Positions 24,051 to 34,794 of a DNA stretch of 64,000 nt are shown one piece after another. Origin of the DNA: Acidimicrobiales bacterium (GTDB lineage: Bacteria > Actinomycetota > Acidimicrobiia > Acidimicrobiales > RAAP-2); contig DATAUC010000062.1 in assembly GCA_036268485.1 (NCBI GenBank), positions 31,763-95,762 of the forward strand, read 5' to 3'. The notes beneath the pieces were generated by a model. It searched no databases and was not told where the DNA came from. It worked only from the letters and a program-made list of their open reading frames with translations. The position numbers and the translations under genes are program-made. Positions within the stretch are counted from its first letter, which is position 1; every line of letters starts with the position of its first letter.

Positions 24051-26000
24051 GTGATGAGCAGGCCGAAGCACGGGACCAGGATCAATTGGCGTCACCGTGC
24101 TTCGGTGGTCACTCAATTGGTGGCGCAGCACGCGCTGTGGATTCTCCTCTTCTCCCTGCCGGCCGTCCTGCTCTGGTGGCACGTCTGGACGGGGCACCCG
24201 TCCTCCACGTTGACGTGCGCCTGCGGCGATCCGGCCCAGGAGGTCTGGTTCATGGCCTGGCCCGCCTGGGCCATCACGCATTTCCACAGCATCTTCTTCT
24301 CGGGTGCGGTCAATGTGCCCTTCGGTGCCAACCTGCTCTCCAACACGTCCGGCCCACTGGTGGGCGTCGTGCTGGCCCCGGTCACATGGCTGTGGGGACC
24401 CGTGGTATCGACCAATGTGGCGCTGACCCTGGCCCCCGGGCTGAGTGCCTGGGGTTGTTGGCTGGCCATCCGCCGCTACGTGCACTGGCGGCCCGGCGCG
24501 GTGCCGGCCGCCATGATCTACGGCTACTCGGCGGCCATGTCGGAGAACCTCATCTTCGGGCATGTCTCGGTCTCGGTCTTGCTCCTGCCGCCGCTGATCT
24601 TCGCCTCCCTGTACGAGACCCTCGTCCGGCAGGAGAAGGACCCGATCCGTAACGGCATCGTCCTGGCTCTTTTGGTGATCACGCAATTCCTGATTTCGCC
24701 CGAGATCCTCGTCATGGTCATGCTGTTCTCGGCCATCGGCGTGCTGGCGGCCATCGCCGTCGGCTGGCGCCAGGTCCCCAGTCATCTCGAACGCGCCATC
24801 CCGGCCCTGGCTATCGGGGTCGGCGTCTCGCTCGTCGCGTTGGCCTATCCGGCGTACCTGGGGTTGGCCGGTCCCGAGTCGGTGTCGGGCGTGCTCTTCG
24901 CCATCGCGCCCATCTCGGGGGTGTTCATCTCGGGCTACCTGTCGCCCGGGCACTACGGCGCCTTCGCCGCGCCGTATCTCCGTTTCGGGGGTTACTTCGG
25001 GCGCACCGGTCCAACGTCCAACTACATCGGTTGGGGGTTGGCCGCCACCACGGTGGGCTCGCTCTACGTCGCCCGTCGCCGCCCCATCGTGTGGCTCCTG
25101 GCGTTGTTGGGAGTGGCGGTGTCCGTGCTCGCACTGGGCTCGTTGCTTCTGGGCGGGACCTTCGTCATTTCGCATGTCTGGCTGCCCTGGCGGGCGCTGT
25201 CCAAGGTGCCGGTGCTGGAGGAGATCCTGCCCGACCAATTCGCGCCGCTGATCACGCTCTTCCTGGCCTTCATTTTCGCTCTCGGCCTCGATGTCGCCTA
25301 CGGCCGTCTCCAGCTCGTCAAGCGATTGCGGGCCCACGAGACCAGGGCCCTGGCCGCCGTGGGCACGGTGGTGCTGGGGGCGCTGGCCCTGGTGCCGGTG
25401 TTCGTGACCTTCGACATGCCCTATACGGTGCACCCGACGAGGGTGCCCGTGTACATGCGCACCGTGGCACCGACGCTGCCGGCCAACTCGGTGCTGTTGA
25501 CGGTGCCCTACGCGGTGTCCGGCTCGACACCGGCCATGTTGTGGCAGGCGGTGGACGGGCTGCACTTCCGCCTGGCCGGCGGCGCGCTCAAGACGCCCAA
25601 CGCCAAGGGCGGACCGGTGGGCCAAGGCACGCCGGGCTCGGCTCGCCGCATCCTCACCGACCTGTCCGTGCTGGGTAACAAGGAACCATTGGGCACGGCC
25701 ACCGAGTACGCCACCGTAAGACGGGCATTGCGCACCTGGCAGGTTAACAAGGTGGTCATCGACGGCTTGAGCCGCGACCCGCTCTACGCCTCCGGATTCC
25801 TGACGGCCGCCATCGGCACGGCGCCGCACTTCGTCCACTACGCCTGGGTCTGGACGATCCCGCCCGGTGGGCCGCGCGCCCCGGCCATCACCAACAAGTC
25901 GCTCTACCTGTGCCGGCTGGCATCGGACAAGCCGGCCGAGAAGCACCACCGGCTCTCGATGGCCAAGTGCGTGACCGAAATCACCCATGGCCCGCTCTAG
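24051..26000 (+). CDS. large polytopic membrane protein (possibly a GT-C-like glycosyltransferase)
   Basis: The 649-aa product has many hydrophobic helices in the first 420 aa or so, followed by a soluble C-terminal region. The full-length antisense ORF 24012..25988 is R/G/H/D-rich and was rejected. Confidence 0.55.
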   Translation: MMSRPKHGTRINWRHRASVVTQLVAQHALWILLFSLPAVLLWWHVWTGHPSSTLTCACGDPAQEVWFMAWPAWAITHFHSIFFSGAVNVPFGANLLSNTSGPLVGVVLAPVTWLWGPVVSTNVALTLAPGLSAWGCWLAIRRYVHWRPGAVPAAMIYGYSAAMSENLIFGHVSVSVLLLPPLIFASLYETLVRQEKDPIRNGIVLALLVITQFLISPEILVMVMLFSAIGVLAAIAVGWRQVPSHLERAIPALAIGVGVSLVALAYPAYLGLAGPESVSGVLFAIAPISGVFISGYLSPGHYGAFAAPYLRFGGYFGRTGPTSNYIGWGLAATTVGSLYVARRRPIVWLLALLGVAVSVLALGSLLLGGTFVISHVWLPWRALSKVPVLEEILPDQFAPLITLFLAFIFALGLDVAYGRLQLVKRLRAHETRALAAVGTVVLGALALVPVFVTFDMPYTVHPTRVPVYMRTVAPTLPANSVLLTVPYAVSGSTPAMLWQAVDGLHFRLAGGALKTPNAKGGPVGQGTPGSARRILTDLSVLGNKEPLGTATEYATVRRALRTWQVNKVVIDGLSRDPLYASGFLTAAIGTAPHFVHYAWVWTIPPGGPRAPAITNKSLYLCRLASDKPAEKHHRLSMAKCVTEITHGPL

Positions 26001-26023
26001 GCCCGCCTGCCTAAGGTGGAGTC

Positions 26024-26458
26024 GTGCAACCGATCCTCCACCTTTCTATCCCGGTCAATGACCTGAACGAGGCCCGGCACTTCTACGTCGAGGCGCTGGG
26101 CTGCGAGGCGGCCCGGGCCCGGCCGGGGTACCAGGACGTGTGGTTCTACGGCATGCAGATCACGCTCCAAGATCGGCCGGACCAGACCTCTCCGCTTTCC
26201 GAAGGGGGCGTCCGCCACTTCGGCGTCACCCTCGGCCGGGACGAGTTCGATGCGGTAGTGGCTCGCCTGGGCCAGGCCGACGTGCAATGGGTTATCCCGG
26301 TGTCCACCGATGACGAAGGTCTGCCCACGGAGCAGACCAAGACCAAGATCGTCGACCCCAGCGGCAACGTCATTGAGCTCAAGAGCTATGCCGACGTCGT
26401 GGCCGCCCTGGAGATGTCGGAACACTCGTACCCCGGGGCGATGGCGCACGGGAACTGA
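26024..26458 (+). CDS. VOC (glyoxalase/bleomycin-resistance/dioxygenase) family protein
   Basis: The N-terminus ILHLSIPVNDLNEARHFYVEALG and the later IVDPSGNVIELK are typical VOC beta-alpha-beta modules. Confidence 0.65.
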   Translation: MQPILHLSIPVNDLNEARHFYVEALGCEAARARPGYQDVWFYGMQITLQDRPDQTSPLSEGGVRHFGVTLGRDEFDAVVARLGQADVQWVIPVSTDDEGLPTEQTKTKIVDPSGNVIELKSYADVVAALEMSEHSYPGAMAHGN

Positions 26459-26462
26459 AGAC

Positions 26463-27209
26463 GTGGAACGCACCCTGACCGTGTTGGGGTGCGACGGCAG
26501 CTGGCCCGGACCGGGCGGCGCCGCCAGCGGGTATCTCGTTCAGGCGGCCGGCAGCGCGCTCCTGCTCGATGCCGGCCCCGGCACCTTCGCCAACTTGCAG
26601 CGCTGGATCGATCCGGGCCTCCTCACCGCCGTGGTGCTGACCCACGAGCACCCCGACCATTGGACCGATCTGGAGTCGCTGGCGGTATGGGCCGGTTACG
26701 GGCCGGGCCAAGCGACCTTTCGCCACGCTGGCAGCACACCGCTGCCCGTCTACGCACCGCCCGGTCTGCGGGAGTGCTCGCACTTCGCCACGGCCGGTTG
26801 GCTGGCGTGGCACGAGTTGGCGCCGTCCATGGTGCTGGCGCTGGGGTCGCTGGTGGTGCGCATGGTGGCCACCGATCACGGGGTGCCGACACTGGCCGTC
26901 CACCTGGCCCATGAAGGGGCTTCGTTGGCCTACTCGGCCGATTCGGGGCCCGATTGGTCGGTCGAGGAGCTGGGTCGCGACATCGGGACCTTCCTCTGCG
27001 AGGCCACCTACCTCCAGGAGGCGGAAGGCACGCTCCGCCACCTGAGCGGACGCCAAGCGGGGGCCATGGCCCGGGCGGCCGGCGTGGGGCGCCTCATCCT
27101 GACGCACCGGTGGCCTACGGTGTCGGCCGACGACGTGCGTCGTGAAGCTGAGCTGGCCTTCGGCCGGCCGGTGGAGCAAGCCACCGTGGACGCCGTCTTT
27201 ACCTGGTAG
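26463..27209 (+). CDS. MBL-fold metallo-hydrolase (Rv1339-like position upstream of rph)
   Basis: It has the THEHPDHW motif. The GTG start at 26463 ([16 protein letters not shown]) lies within ORF 26310..27209. Confidence 0.75.
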   Translation: MERTLTVLGCDGSWPGPGGAASGYLVQAAGSALLLDAGPGTFANLQRWIDPGLLTAVVLTHEHPDHWTDLESLAVWAGYGPGQATFRHAGSTPLPVYAPPGLRECSHFATAGWLAWHELAPSMVLALGSLVVRMVATDHGVPTLAVHLAHEGASLAYSADSGPDWSVEELGRDIGTFLCEATYLQEAEGTLRHLSGRQAGAMARAAGVGRLILTHRWPTVSADDVRREAELAFGRPVEQATVDAVFTW

Positions 27210-27241
27210 TCGAGACCGTCGCTGGCGACGAGAGGAGTGCA

Positions 27242-28009
27242 ATGGCAGAGGACAATGGAGTGAGGGACGCCCGTACGGCCCGCAGTGATGGCCGAGCCGT
27301 CGACGAGCTGCGCCCGGTCAGTTTCGTGCGGGACTACACCGTGATGGCGCCCGGCTCGGTGCTGGTGTCGTTCGGCCAGACCAAGGTGCTGTGCACGGCG
27401 TCGGTCGAAGACCGGGTCCCGCCGTGGATGCGGGGCAGCGGCAAGGGATGGGTCACCGCCGAGTACTCCATGCTGCCGGGTTCGACGCCCGAGCGAGCCT
27501 CCCGAGAAGCGGCCAAGGGCAAGCAGTCGGGGCGGACCCAGGAGATACAGCGCCTCATCGCCCGCTCGCTGCGCGCCGTCTGCGACCTGGTGGTGCTGGG
27601 TGAGGTGCAGGTCACGGTGGACTGCGACGTCCTGCAGGCCGACGGCGGTACCCGCACGGCGTCCATCTGCGGTGCCTATGTGGCGCTGCACGACGCCTTC
27701 AGCCGGTTGCAGCAGAAGGGCATCCTGAGCCAGAACCCGCTCACTGATTCGGTGGCGGCCATCTCGGTCGGCATTATCGACGGCGTGCCCATGCTGGACC
27801 TGCCCTACGTGGAGGACTCACGGGCCGAGGTCGACATGAACGTCGTCATGACCGGAGCCGGTCGCTTTGTCGAAGTGCAGGGAACGGCCGAAGGCATGGC
27901 GTTCAGCCGCGGTGAACTCGACAGCCTGCTGGGCTTGGCCGAGCACGGTATCAAGGACCTGTCTGCCCTGCAGCAGTCGGTACTGGCGGAAACGCCCCCG
28001 GCCCGGTGA
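27242..28009 (+). CDS. rph: ribonuclease PH
   Basis: Motifs seen: [30 protein letters not shown] and [14 protein letters not shown]. Confidence 0.9.
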   Translation: MAEDNGVRDARTARSDGRAVDELRPVSFVRDYTVMAPGSVLVSFGQTKVLCTASVEDRVPPWMRGSGKGWVTAEYSMLPGSTPERASREAAKGKQSGRTQEIQRLIARSLRAVCDLVVLGEVQVTVDCDVLQADGGTRTASICGAYVALHDAFSRLQQKGILSQNPLTDSVAAISVGIIDGVPMLDLPYVEDSRAEVDMNVVMTGAGRFVEVQGTAEGMAFSRGELDSLLGLAEHGIKDLSALQQSVLAETPPAR

Positions 28010-28623
28010 GCCCGGCGGCCCCCCTTCGCCTGGTGATGGCCTCGGCCAATCCGGACAAGGCGGCCGAGATCGCCGCCGTGCTGACCCAGGCGCTCGACGT
28101 CGAACTGGTGGCGCGGCCGGCCGGGGTGCCCGATGTGATGGAGGACGGGGAGACCCTGCTCGACAACGCCCGCCTCAAGGCGGTGGCCCTGGTGGCCGCC
28201 ACCGGATTGGCCGCGGTGGCGGACGACACCGGTCTGGAAGTTGACGCGCTCGACGGTGCGCCCGGCGTGTACTCGGCCCGCTATGCCGGAGAGGACGTGA
28301 CCTACGCCGACAATGTGGCCAAGCTGTTGCGCGAGTTGGCGGCCCGGCCCGACGGCGGCGGGCATCGGAGCGCCCGCTTTCGTACCGTGGCGCTGGTCGC
28401 CTTTCCCGATGGCACGGAGTGCTGGACCGAGGGCGTGGTCGAAGGGGTGATCGCGTCTGGCGAGCAGGGCAGCGCCGGGTTCGGCTACGACCCTGTCTTC
28501 ATCCCCACCGAGGCCGGCGGCCGCTCCTTCGCCGAGATGACGGCGGCCGAGAAGAACGCCATCTCGCACCGGGGTCGGGCCTTTCGGGCCTTGGCCGAGG
28601 CACTGGGTCAGCGCGCCGGCTGA
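28006..28623 (+). CDS. rdgB: non-canonical purine NTP pyrophosphatase (RdgB/HAM1)
   Basis: Motifs seen: [30 protein letters not shown] and [11 protein letters not shown]. There is a 4-nt overlap with rph. Confidence 0.9.
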   Translation: MSPAAPLRLVMASANPDKAAEIAAVLTQALDVELVARPAGVPDVMEDGETLLDNARLKAVALVAATGLAAVADDTGLEVDALDGAPGVYSARYAGEDVTYADNVAKLLRELAARPDGGGHRSARFRTVALVAFPDGTECWTEGVVEGVIASGEQGSAGFGYDPVFIPTEAGGRSFAEMTAAEKNAISHRGRAFRALAEALGQRAG

Positions 28624-28634
28624 TGCTTCGGCCG

Positions 28635-29450
28635 CTACGGCCGGCGCAAGAGTTTCAGCGCGGTGTCCCCCATGAAGGCATCTTGCGCCGCCGGCGACAA
28701 CGGGAGATCCCGGGCTGCCGTCGTGGCCCGCTCCATGGGCAGGAAGGGATGGTCCGAGGCGTAGAGCACGCGACCGATGCCGCGCTTGGAGTCCATGAAG
28801 GCCACCAGGGCCGGGTCCATGTACTTGGCCAGGTAGGCCGAGTTGGACAGGTAGAGATCGGGCCACTTGAGCATGTACTGCATGAGGAGGGTCTCGTAGG
28901 GGTGGCCCATGTGGGCCCCGATGACGGTGAGGCCCTTGAAGTCGATGAGCACGTCTTCGAGGAGCTCGGGATGCTGGCAGGCCGACCGCACGCGGGGTCC
29001 GGGGATACCCACGTTGATGGAGACGGGCAGGCCCAGCTCGGCGCACGTGGCGTAGATCGGGTAATAGAGCTTGTCGTTGAGCGGGTACTGCTGGACGAGC
29101 GGCGTGACCCGGACCAGGGCTACCGCCGGGTGTTGGGCCAGGGTGCGCAGCCGGGTGCTCTGGGGCACGGGCCGATCGGCCCTGTCCGCTACCAGGGCCA
29201 CGCAGAGTCGATCGCTGAACGGAGCGAGGTCGTCCAGCAGTGTTTCGGTCTCGGGGGACGAGATGCCGGCTGCGACGACTCCGAGATCGACGTCACACGT
29301 ATCCATGGTGGCCACGAGCTTGGACAGGGTGGAGGCAGCGGACAGATCGCCGCCGAGGAATTCGGGGATGCCCTCGTTGCCGGCCTGACCGAGGAAGGCG
29401 GCGGCGGCCGAACCGGTGAGCGCATTGACCCACAGGTCCACAACGGTCAT
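28635..29450 (-). CDS. amidohydrolase-2 family protein
   Basis: The 271-aa product has HMGHPY and a YASDHPF tail, typical of the ACMSD-like amidohydrolase fold. Confidence 0.6.
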   Translation of the reverse strand: MTVVDLWVNALTGSAAAAFLGQAGNEGIPEFLGGDLSAASTLSKLVATMDTCDVDLGVVAAGISSPETETLLDDLAPFSDRLCVALVADRADRPVPQSTRLRTLAQHPAVALVRVTPLVQQYPLNDKLYYPIYATCAELGLPVSINVGIPGPRVRSACQHPELLEDVLIDFKGLTVIGAHMGHPYETLLMQYMLKWPDLYLSNSAYLAKYMDPALVAFMDSKRGIGRVLYASDHPFLPMERATTAARDLPLSPAAQDAFMGDTALKLLRRP

Positions 29451-29944
29451 GCCGGCGGCTTCGACTTGGCCCGGGCCGCCCGCAGGGCCCGCACGCCCTT
29501 GGTGAGCGAGTCCTTGATGAGTTGATCGTTGTCCTTCGAGATGAAGGCGTGGACCCGCTTCTCGAAGAGCACCCGCATGATGGGATTGAAGGCGTGGTAG
29601 GTCTCGGAGAAGTGCACCCGGGTATGGCCGTTGCCCAGGTCCTCCAGGCGGGTGCGGCCTTCAGCCTCGGACCACAGCGGGCGGCCGATGGCGTTGTACT
29701 TCCAGGATTCCTTCGGGGTGACTTCGGTCAGCCACTCCCATGACTGCCCCTTGCCCCCCGAGAGGAGGTAGCGCGGCACCCGGAAGGTGCAGTGGCGGAC
29801 CAGTCCCTCTCCGCTGGCATCACCGGGATGGAGGATCTCAATGGTGACGTCGCCCGATTGCGAGCGGGGCGCCCGGAACCAGAAGAGCTTCCAGAGCTCA
29901 TCGGGCGTCGCCTCAATATCTACGAAGTAGTGATGCGATTGCAC
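29447..29944 (-). CDS. SRPBCC (START/Bet v1-like) family protein
   Basis: The length is 165 aa. The N-terminus has a DELWKLFW-type motif, and there is a 4-nt overlap with the downstream gene. Confidence 0.5.
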   Translation of the reverse strand: MQSHHYFVDIEATPDELWKLFWFRAPRSQSGDVTIEILHPGDASGEGLVRHCTFRVPRYLLSGGKGQSWEWLTEVTPKESWKYNAIGRPLWSEAEGRTRLEDLGNGHTRVHFSETYHAFNPIMRVLFEKRVHAFISKDNDQLIKDSLTKGVRALRAARAKSKPPA

Positions 29945-30089
29945 GCGTGCACCATATCCCTGGACCTGACTGGCGTGTCAGGTTTGGCCACGTTGATTCA
30001 CTGGCACTTCTCAGGAAGGTCTATGGCCTTTTCCGCCTCAGGACGTCTGGCGATGTGTCGGCGAATGGCTGGGCCCTAGGGTCGGGGCT

Positions 30090-31274
30090 GTGAAGGTGGC
30101 CTACGTCGTGCCGCGCTACGGCGCGGCCATCCGGGGTGGGGCGGAGACCGGGGCCCGGATGTTCGCCGAGCACCTGGTGGCCGATCGGGGCTACGAGGTC
30201 GACGTGCTCACCAGCTGCGCCGTGGACGCCCTGACCTGGCGGGATGAGCTGGTACCCGGGACAACCGTCGAGCAGGGAGTCCGGGTCCACCGGATTGCCT
30301 CTGAGGACGGGCGGGGCGAGGGGTTCCATCCACTGTCGGGCCGCCTGCTGGCCGATCCCGAGCAGGCCAGTGTGGAGGACATGGAGCTCTGGGTCGACCT
30401 GCAAGGCCCGAAATCGCCCGCCCTGCTCGATGCGGTGGTGGCCAGCGACGCCGATGTGGTGGCCTTCTATCCGTACCTGTACTACCCGACCGTCCGCGGC
30501 CTCCCGCTGGTACGGGATCGGGCCATCATGCATCCGGCGGCCCATGAGGAGCCGGTGCTGCACCTGGGCCTCTTCGATGCCCTGTTCGATCAGTGCCGCG
30601 GCTTCGTGTTCCAGACCCGCAGTGAGCGCCGGCTGGTGACGGATCGATTCTCGGTGGCCACCACGCCCCAGGTGTTGGTGGGGTTGGGCGTGGAGGAACT
30701 CGAAGGCTCGGCCGAGTCGGCCCGGTCCACCTTCGGCCTGGGTGATGCGCCCTACCTCCTGTGTATCGGCCGGGTAGACGACAAGAAGGGGACCGGCATC
30801 CTCTGGCGCTACTTCCGTTCGTACAAGGCGCGCTATCCCGGTGATCTCACCCTGGTGCTGGTGGGCCAGGTGGTCGACCCGCCCGATCCGTCGCCCGACG
30901 TCGTGGTGACGGGGATGATCAGCGACGAGGACAAGTGGGGACTGCTCCGGGGAGCCCGGACGCTGGTCTCGCCCTCACCCGTCGAGGCTTTTTCGATCAC
31001 GGTGATCGAGGGTATGACCGCCGGCGCACCGGTCATCGTCAATGCGGTATGCGGCGCCACCCGCGAACACTGCGAGCAATCAGGAGCCGGGCTCTGGTTC
31101 GAGGGATACGCCGAGTTCGAAGCGGTCCTGCTGCGTATGACCAGCGACGACACCCTGCATGCCGCCATGCGGGAGAACGGCTTCCGCTATGTCGAGGCCA
31201 ATTACCGGTGGCCCGTCATCCTTGACCGCTATTGCCATTTCTTGGAGGAGCGGGCCGGCGTACCTAGGGCGTAA
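30090..31274 (+). CDS. GT4-family glycosyltransferase
   Basis: The N-terminus is MKVAYVVPRYGAAIRGGAETGAR and the C-terminal half has EAFSITVIEGMTAGAPVIV (the E-x7-E region). Confidence 0.75.
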   Translation: MKVAYVVPRYGAAIRGGAETGARMFAEHLVADRGYEVDVLTSCAVDALTWRDELVPGTTVEQGVRVHRIASEDGRGEGFHPLSGRLLADPEQASVEDMELWVDLQGPKSPALLDAVVASDADVVAFYPYLYYPTVRGLPLVRDRAIMHPAAHEEPVLHLGLFDALFDQCRGFVFQTRSERRLVTDRFSVATTPQVLVGLGVEELEGSAESARSTFGLGDAPYLLCIGRVDDKKGTGILWRYFRSYKARYPGDLTLVLVGQVVDPPDPSPDVVVTGMISDEDKWGLLRGARTLVSPSPVEAFSITVIEGMTAGAPVIVNAVCGATREHCEQSGAGLWFEGYAEFEAVLLRMTSDDTLHAAMRENGFRYVEANYRWPVILDRYCHFLEERAGVPRA

Positions 31275-31866
31275 ATGGATTGCCGTACCGATTGAGATGG
31301 GCCCGCTCCGAAAGGGGGTGACGTCGAGGCGGGCCGAGGGGCTTGACCAGATGGCCGAGCGGGATGACCGCCACGGGCACGACCTCGGAGGGGAGGCCCA
31401 GTGCCTGGGTCAGCGCATCGCCGCCCAGCACGGGCAACGTGGTGAGGGTCGAACCCAAGCCCAGGGCGTGAGCGGCCAGGAGGAGGTTCTGGACGGCCGG
31501 GAAGATGGAGGCGTCCATGGCCTTGGCGAAGGTCAGGCGGATGTCACCGCAGACGACGATGAGCACCGGCGCCGCCGCCACGCCGCCCATGGCGCCCTGG
31601 TCCACGTCGGCCAGGAAGGCGGGGGAGAGGCGGTCCGCCTCCAACGCCTTGGCGCCGCCTTCCCAAATGCGAGCGGTCAGCGCCCCGATCGTCGCCCTAA
31701 TCGACTGGTCCCGGACCACCACGAACACAAAGGGTTGGCTGTTCTCCGCACTGGGTGCGTGGGTGGCGGCAGTGAGGATGCGGGCCACGTCCTCATCGCT
31801 GACCTCTTCGGTGGTGAACGACCGGGCCGCCCGCTGGGTCAGGACGACATCAAAGAAGTCAGGCAC
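31264..31866 (-). CDS. nitroreductase family protein
   Basis: It contains FFDVVLTQRAARSFTTEEVSDEDVARILTAATHAPSAENSQPF. The GTG start at 31866 lies within ORF 31264..31992. Confidence 0.7.
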   Translation of the reverse strand: MPDFFDVVLTQRAARSFTTEEVSDEDVARILTAATHAPSAENSQPFVFVVVRDQSIRATIGALTARIWEGGAKALEADRLSPAFLADVDQGAMGGVAAAPVLIVVCGDIRLTFAKAMDASIFPAVQNLLLAAHALGLGSTLTTLPVLGGDALTQALGLPSEVVPVAVIPLGHLVKPLGPPRRHPLSERAHLNRYGNPFTP

Positions 31867-31997
31867 GACGGAGGATCGTACCGAGATTTGGATTGGGCTG
31901 GCGGTTGACGAGCCGCTACCTTTGGCGCTGCACCGGCGACGGGCCGGTGACCGCCATGGATTGTGGATCAGTAGTACGGCGGCGGGGGACAAGGAGG

Positions 31998-32522
31998 ATG
32001 ACGGTGGCCGACGGCGCCGAATCGCAAGCAGACGTTCTCAAGGGGATCATCGGGCAGCCGACCGGCAAGGCCAAGGTCGTCATCGAGCGGGGACCGGTGC
32101 AGCATTTTGCCGACGCCTTGCTCAGCACCAGCCCGATCTACCACGACCCCGGAGCCGCCAAGGCGGCCGGGTTCGATGCCATCCCGGCACCCCCGACCTA
32201 CTCCTTTGCCTTTGAGTTCGCGGGCAAGTTCACCGAGATGCAGCCGGCCGATGCCCCCAAGGGCAACCCGTTGATGACGGCCATGGGTCCGCTCATCGCC
32301 GGCGGTGGTCTCATCCTTCACGGGGAGCAGGAGTTCATCTACCACCGTCCCGTGCTGGTGGGCGATGTCCTGGTCAGCGAAGGCAAGATCACGGACGCCT
32401 ATCAGAAGGAGTCCAAGGGCAAGACGATGACCTTCGTGGTCAGCGAGACGAACTGGTCCGACGAGAAGACCGGTGACCCGGTGGTCACGGCGCGATTCAA
32501 CCTGATCCATCGCTCCGCCTAG
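31998..32522 (+). CDS. MaoC/FAS1-like dehydratase N-terminal-type subunit (HadA-like)
   Basis: The ATG at 31998 is preceded by AAGGAGG. The sequence includes GPVQHFADALLSTSPIYHD... and has a hot-dog fold style. It is followed by a MaoC partner gene. Confidence 0.65.
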   Translation: MTVADGAESQADVLKGIIGQPTGKAKVVIERGPVQHFADALLSTSPIYHDPGAAKAAGFDAIPAPPTYSFAFEFAGKFTEMQPADAPKGNPLMTAMGPLIAGGGLILHGEQEFIYHRPVLVGDVLVSEGKITDAYQKESKGKTMTFVVSETNWSDEKTGDPVVTARFNLIHRSA

Positions 32523-32609
32523 CCATCCGGCCACGCCGTTTTTCTTGACACAGCACTCCGCAGCTGACCATGCTGCGGCCGACGAGACTTCAAACTGGGG
32601 GTCGACACA

Positions 32610-33032
32610 ATGGGTGAGAAGAAGCTGAATTTCGATGCGGTGGCGGTGGGCGATGAGGCTCCTGTCATCACGCACAAGCTGGGTCGGACCGACCTGGTCA
32701 AGTACGCCGGGGCTTCCGGCGACTTCAATCCGATGCACCACGATGAGGTGGCGGCCAAGGCGGCCGGCCAGCCCAGCGTGTTCGGGCACGGCATGTTCTC
32801 CATGGGGCTGTTGGGCACGGCGCTGACGGACTACGTCGGTGTCGGGAACCTGACCCGCTACCAGGTGCGCTTCGCCCGCCAGACGTGGCCCGACGAGGTG
32901 CTCTCCTCCAAGATCGTGGTCAGCGCCAAGCGCGAGGAGGACGGCAAGAAACTCATCGACCTCACCATCACGCTGTCCAATGGCGACGGGGAGGACAAGC
33001 TGGTGGGTGAGGCCACGGCCGTCCTGCCGTAG
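32610..33032 (+). CDS. MaoC-like (R)-specific hydratase/dehydratase (HadB-like)
   Basis: It has the YAGASGDFNPMHHDEVAAKAAG catalytic motif (D-x4-H). The length is 140 aa. Confidence 0.75.
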   Translation: MGEKKLNFDAVAVGDEAPVITHKLGRTDLVKYAGASGDFNPMHHDEVAAKAAGQPSVFGHGMFSMGLLGTALTDYVGVGNLTRYQVRFARQTWPDEVLSSKIVVSAKREEDGKKLIDLTITLSNGDGEDKLVGEATAVLP

Positions 33033-33081
33033 CCACCCGCTGGGCGCAACGACGCGTCGAGCAGCGCCATAAGGTAGCCCC

Positions 33082-33528
33082 ATGTCAATCTCCGGAGACT
33101 ACGAGCCCAGTCCCTCCGATTGGGTACGCAACCAGGTTGAAGAGTACGAAGCGTCGGGAGGTCAGCGGGCCAACACCTTGTTGGACACCGGCCTGCCCAT
33201 CGTCGTCGTCACCACCGTGGGGAACAAGACGGGCAAGGTGCGCAAGACCCCGCTGATGCGGGTCGAGCACGACGGCGACTACGCCCTGGTGGCCAGCAAG
33301 GGGGGTGCTCCCGAACACCCGGTCTGGTACTACAACCTGGTGGCCCACCCTGATGAGGTGGTCATTCAGGATGGGTCGGAGCCCCACGACTATGCCGTGC
33401 GTCCGGTCACCGGAGACGAGAAGGCGACCTGGTGGGAGCGCGCCGTGGCGGCCTATCCGCCCTATGCCGAGTACCAAGCAGCCACCGATCGGGAGATCCC
33501 GGTCTTTGTGGCCAGCCGCAAGAGCTAG
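33082..33528 (+). CDS. deazaflavin (F420)-dependent nitroreductase family protein (Ddn-like)
   Basis: Motifs seen: [31 protein letters not shown] and [16 protein letters not shown]. Confidence 0.75.
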   Translation: MSISGDYEPSPSDWVRNQVEEYEASGGQRANTLLDTGLPIVVVTTVGNKTGKVRKTPLMRVEHDGDYALVASKGGAPEHPVWYYNLVAHPDEVVIQDGSEPHDYAVRPVTGDEKATWWERAVAAYPPYAEYQAATDREIPVFVASRKS

Positions 33529-33538
33529 GCCACCACTT

Positions 33539-34312
33539 CTAGGCCAGGGTCGAGCGCCAGCAGCGGCAGCGCATCGGCACGTCGACCGAGGCGTTGCCGG
33601 TGAACTGCGGAAGGCGGTCGAGGGCGTCGGCCAACCCGGCCCGATGCTGATGCCACGTGTCCTCGTCCATGGTGATGAAGGCGCTGTAGGTGCCGATCAA
33701 GCCGATGAAATCGTCCTTGGTCATCGGCCTGGTCCAGTGGAGGACCGTCGTTTGGGGCTCGGTGAAGGTTCCGTCGCCTGGCAGGTTGACGACGTGGCGT
33801 TCGCTCCGGTGTTCGACCAGGTCGCGTTGGGCCTCGGTGGTGGGCGTTGTCCCGCCCGCCCACAATGTGCGCATCCAGTCCACCGTGCGGTCGGGACCGC
33901 TCCACAGCAGGGCCAACGTGCCTCCCGGCCGCAGCACCCGCGCCACCTCGGGGAAGGCCCGCTCCTCATCGACCCAGTGCCAGGCCGAGGCGGCAATGAC
34001 GGTGTCGTAGGCATGGTCATCGGCTGGGATCTGCTCGGCCACGCCGGACACCACCTCGGCGCCGGTGGCTGCCGCTTCGAGCACGGTGCGCATGCGGTCG
34101 TCGGGCTCGACCGCCCGCACCCGGGAGAACCGACGGGTCAGCAGTCCGGTCAGAGCACCCGTGCCGGCTCCGAGCTCGAGCACGTCGTTGACGCCCGAAG
34201 GCAGGAGCCATTCGATGGCGGCATCCGGGGGTGGTGGCCGGAAGCGGGCGTAGTGCTCGGCCACCGAGCCGAAGGAGTGTCGCCGCCGTGCTGTCTCCTC
34301 GTCCTGGTGCAT
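33539..34312 (-). CDS. class I SAM-dependent methyltransferase
   Basis: Motif I is VLELGAGTGALTGLL, and there is an RVLRPGGTLALLW post-I region. Confidence 0.75.
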   Translation of the reverse strand: MHQDEETARRRHSFGSVAEHYARFRPPPPDAAIEWLLPSGVNDVLELGAGTGALTGLLTRRFSRVRAVEPDDRMRTVLEAAATGAEVVSGVAEQIPADDHAYDTVIAASAWHWVDEERAFPEVARVLRPGGTLALLWSGPDRTVDWMRTLWAGGTTPTTEAQRDLVEHRSERHVVNLPGDGTFTEPQTTVLHWTRPMTKDDFIGLIGTYSAFITMDEDTWHQHRAGLADALDRLPQFTGNASVDVPMRCRCWRSTLA

Positions 34313-34316
34313 GCGG

Positions 34317-34778
34317 TCAGGTCGCCCGGGGCGCGTAGTCGAAGGTGGCGAAGGGCCAGGCGCTGCGGAGCCACTCGGTCACCGTGAGGTAGAGCGGCGT
34401 ATCGAGCTCCGGCCGGGTGGCCCGCACCCAGGAGCGGACGTCGGCGTCGATGTCATCTTTGGGGGACGGGTAGATGTACACGCAGCCGACGACCTCGCCG
34501 CCGGGATCGGCCTGCACCGAATAGGTGAAGCCGCGGCGGGCCTCGAAGTCCTCCACGTGGCCCCGGAGATCCTCGAGGTTCCGTTCCAGAGTCATCGGAT
34601 CGTCCGGCCACGGGTGCCCTTCGAAGCCGGCGGTGGCGTGGATGTGGTCGACGCTCGAACTCCAAGCGTCCAGGTCGCCCTCGTTGTGTTCGAGCAGGAG
34701 TTGGGTCAGGAGGAAGCCGTCACCCGTGGGTGGGGCCGGTGCTTCGAAGTCGGGGCGGACAAAACCGGATTCGCTCAT
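34317..34778 (-). CDS. hypothetical protein (possibly a GNAT-like acetyltransferase)
   Basis: The product is 153 aa. Its resemblance to actinobacterial proteins usually annotated as N-acetyltransferase (EHNEGDLDAWSSSVDHIHATAGF...) is from memory only. Confidence 0.35.
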   Translation of the reverse strand: MSESGFVRPDFEAPAPPTGDGFLLTQLLLEHNEGDLDAWSSSVDHIHATAGFEGHPWPDDPMTLERNLEDLRGHVEDFEARRGFTYSVQADPGGEVVGCVYIYPSPKDDIDADVRSWVRATRPELDTPLYLTVTEWLRSAWPFATFDYAPRAT

Positions 34779-34794
34779 GTCCCATTGTGGAGGA

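Noticed and set aside
24012-25988. A 658-aa ORF on the minus strand spanning the whole membrane-protein gene.
   Set aside because: The composition is extremely R/G/H/D/P-rich with no hydrophobic core or motifs. This is a typical antisense shadow ORF of a high-GC gene. The plus-strand product has coherent TM helices.
27805-29046. A 413-aa minus-strand ORF across rph, rdgB and the amidohydrolase gene.
   Set aside because: It crosses three well-supported genes and is R/G/H/P-rich. It is a shadow ORF.
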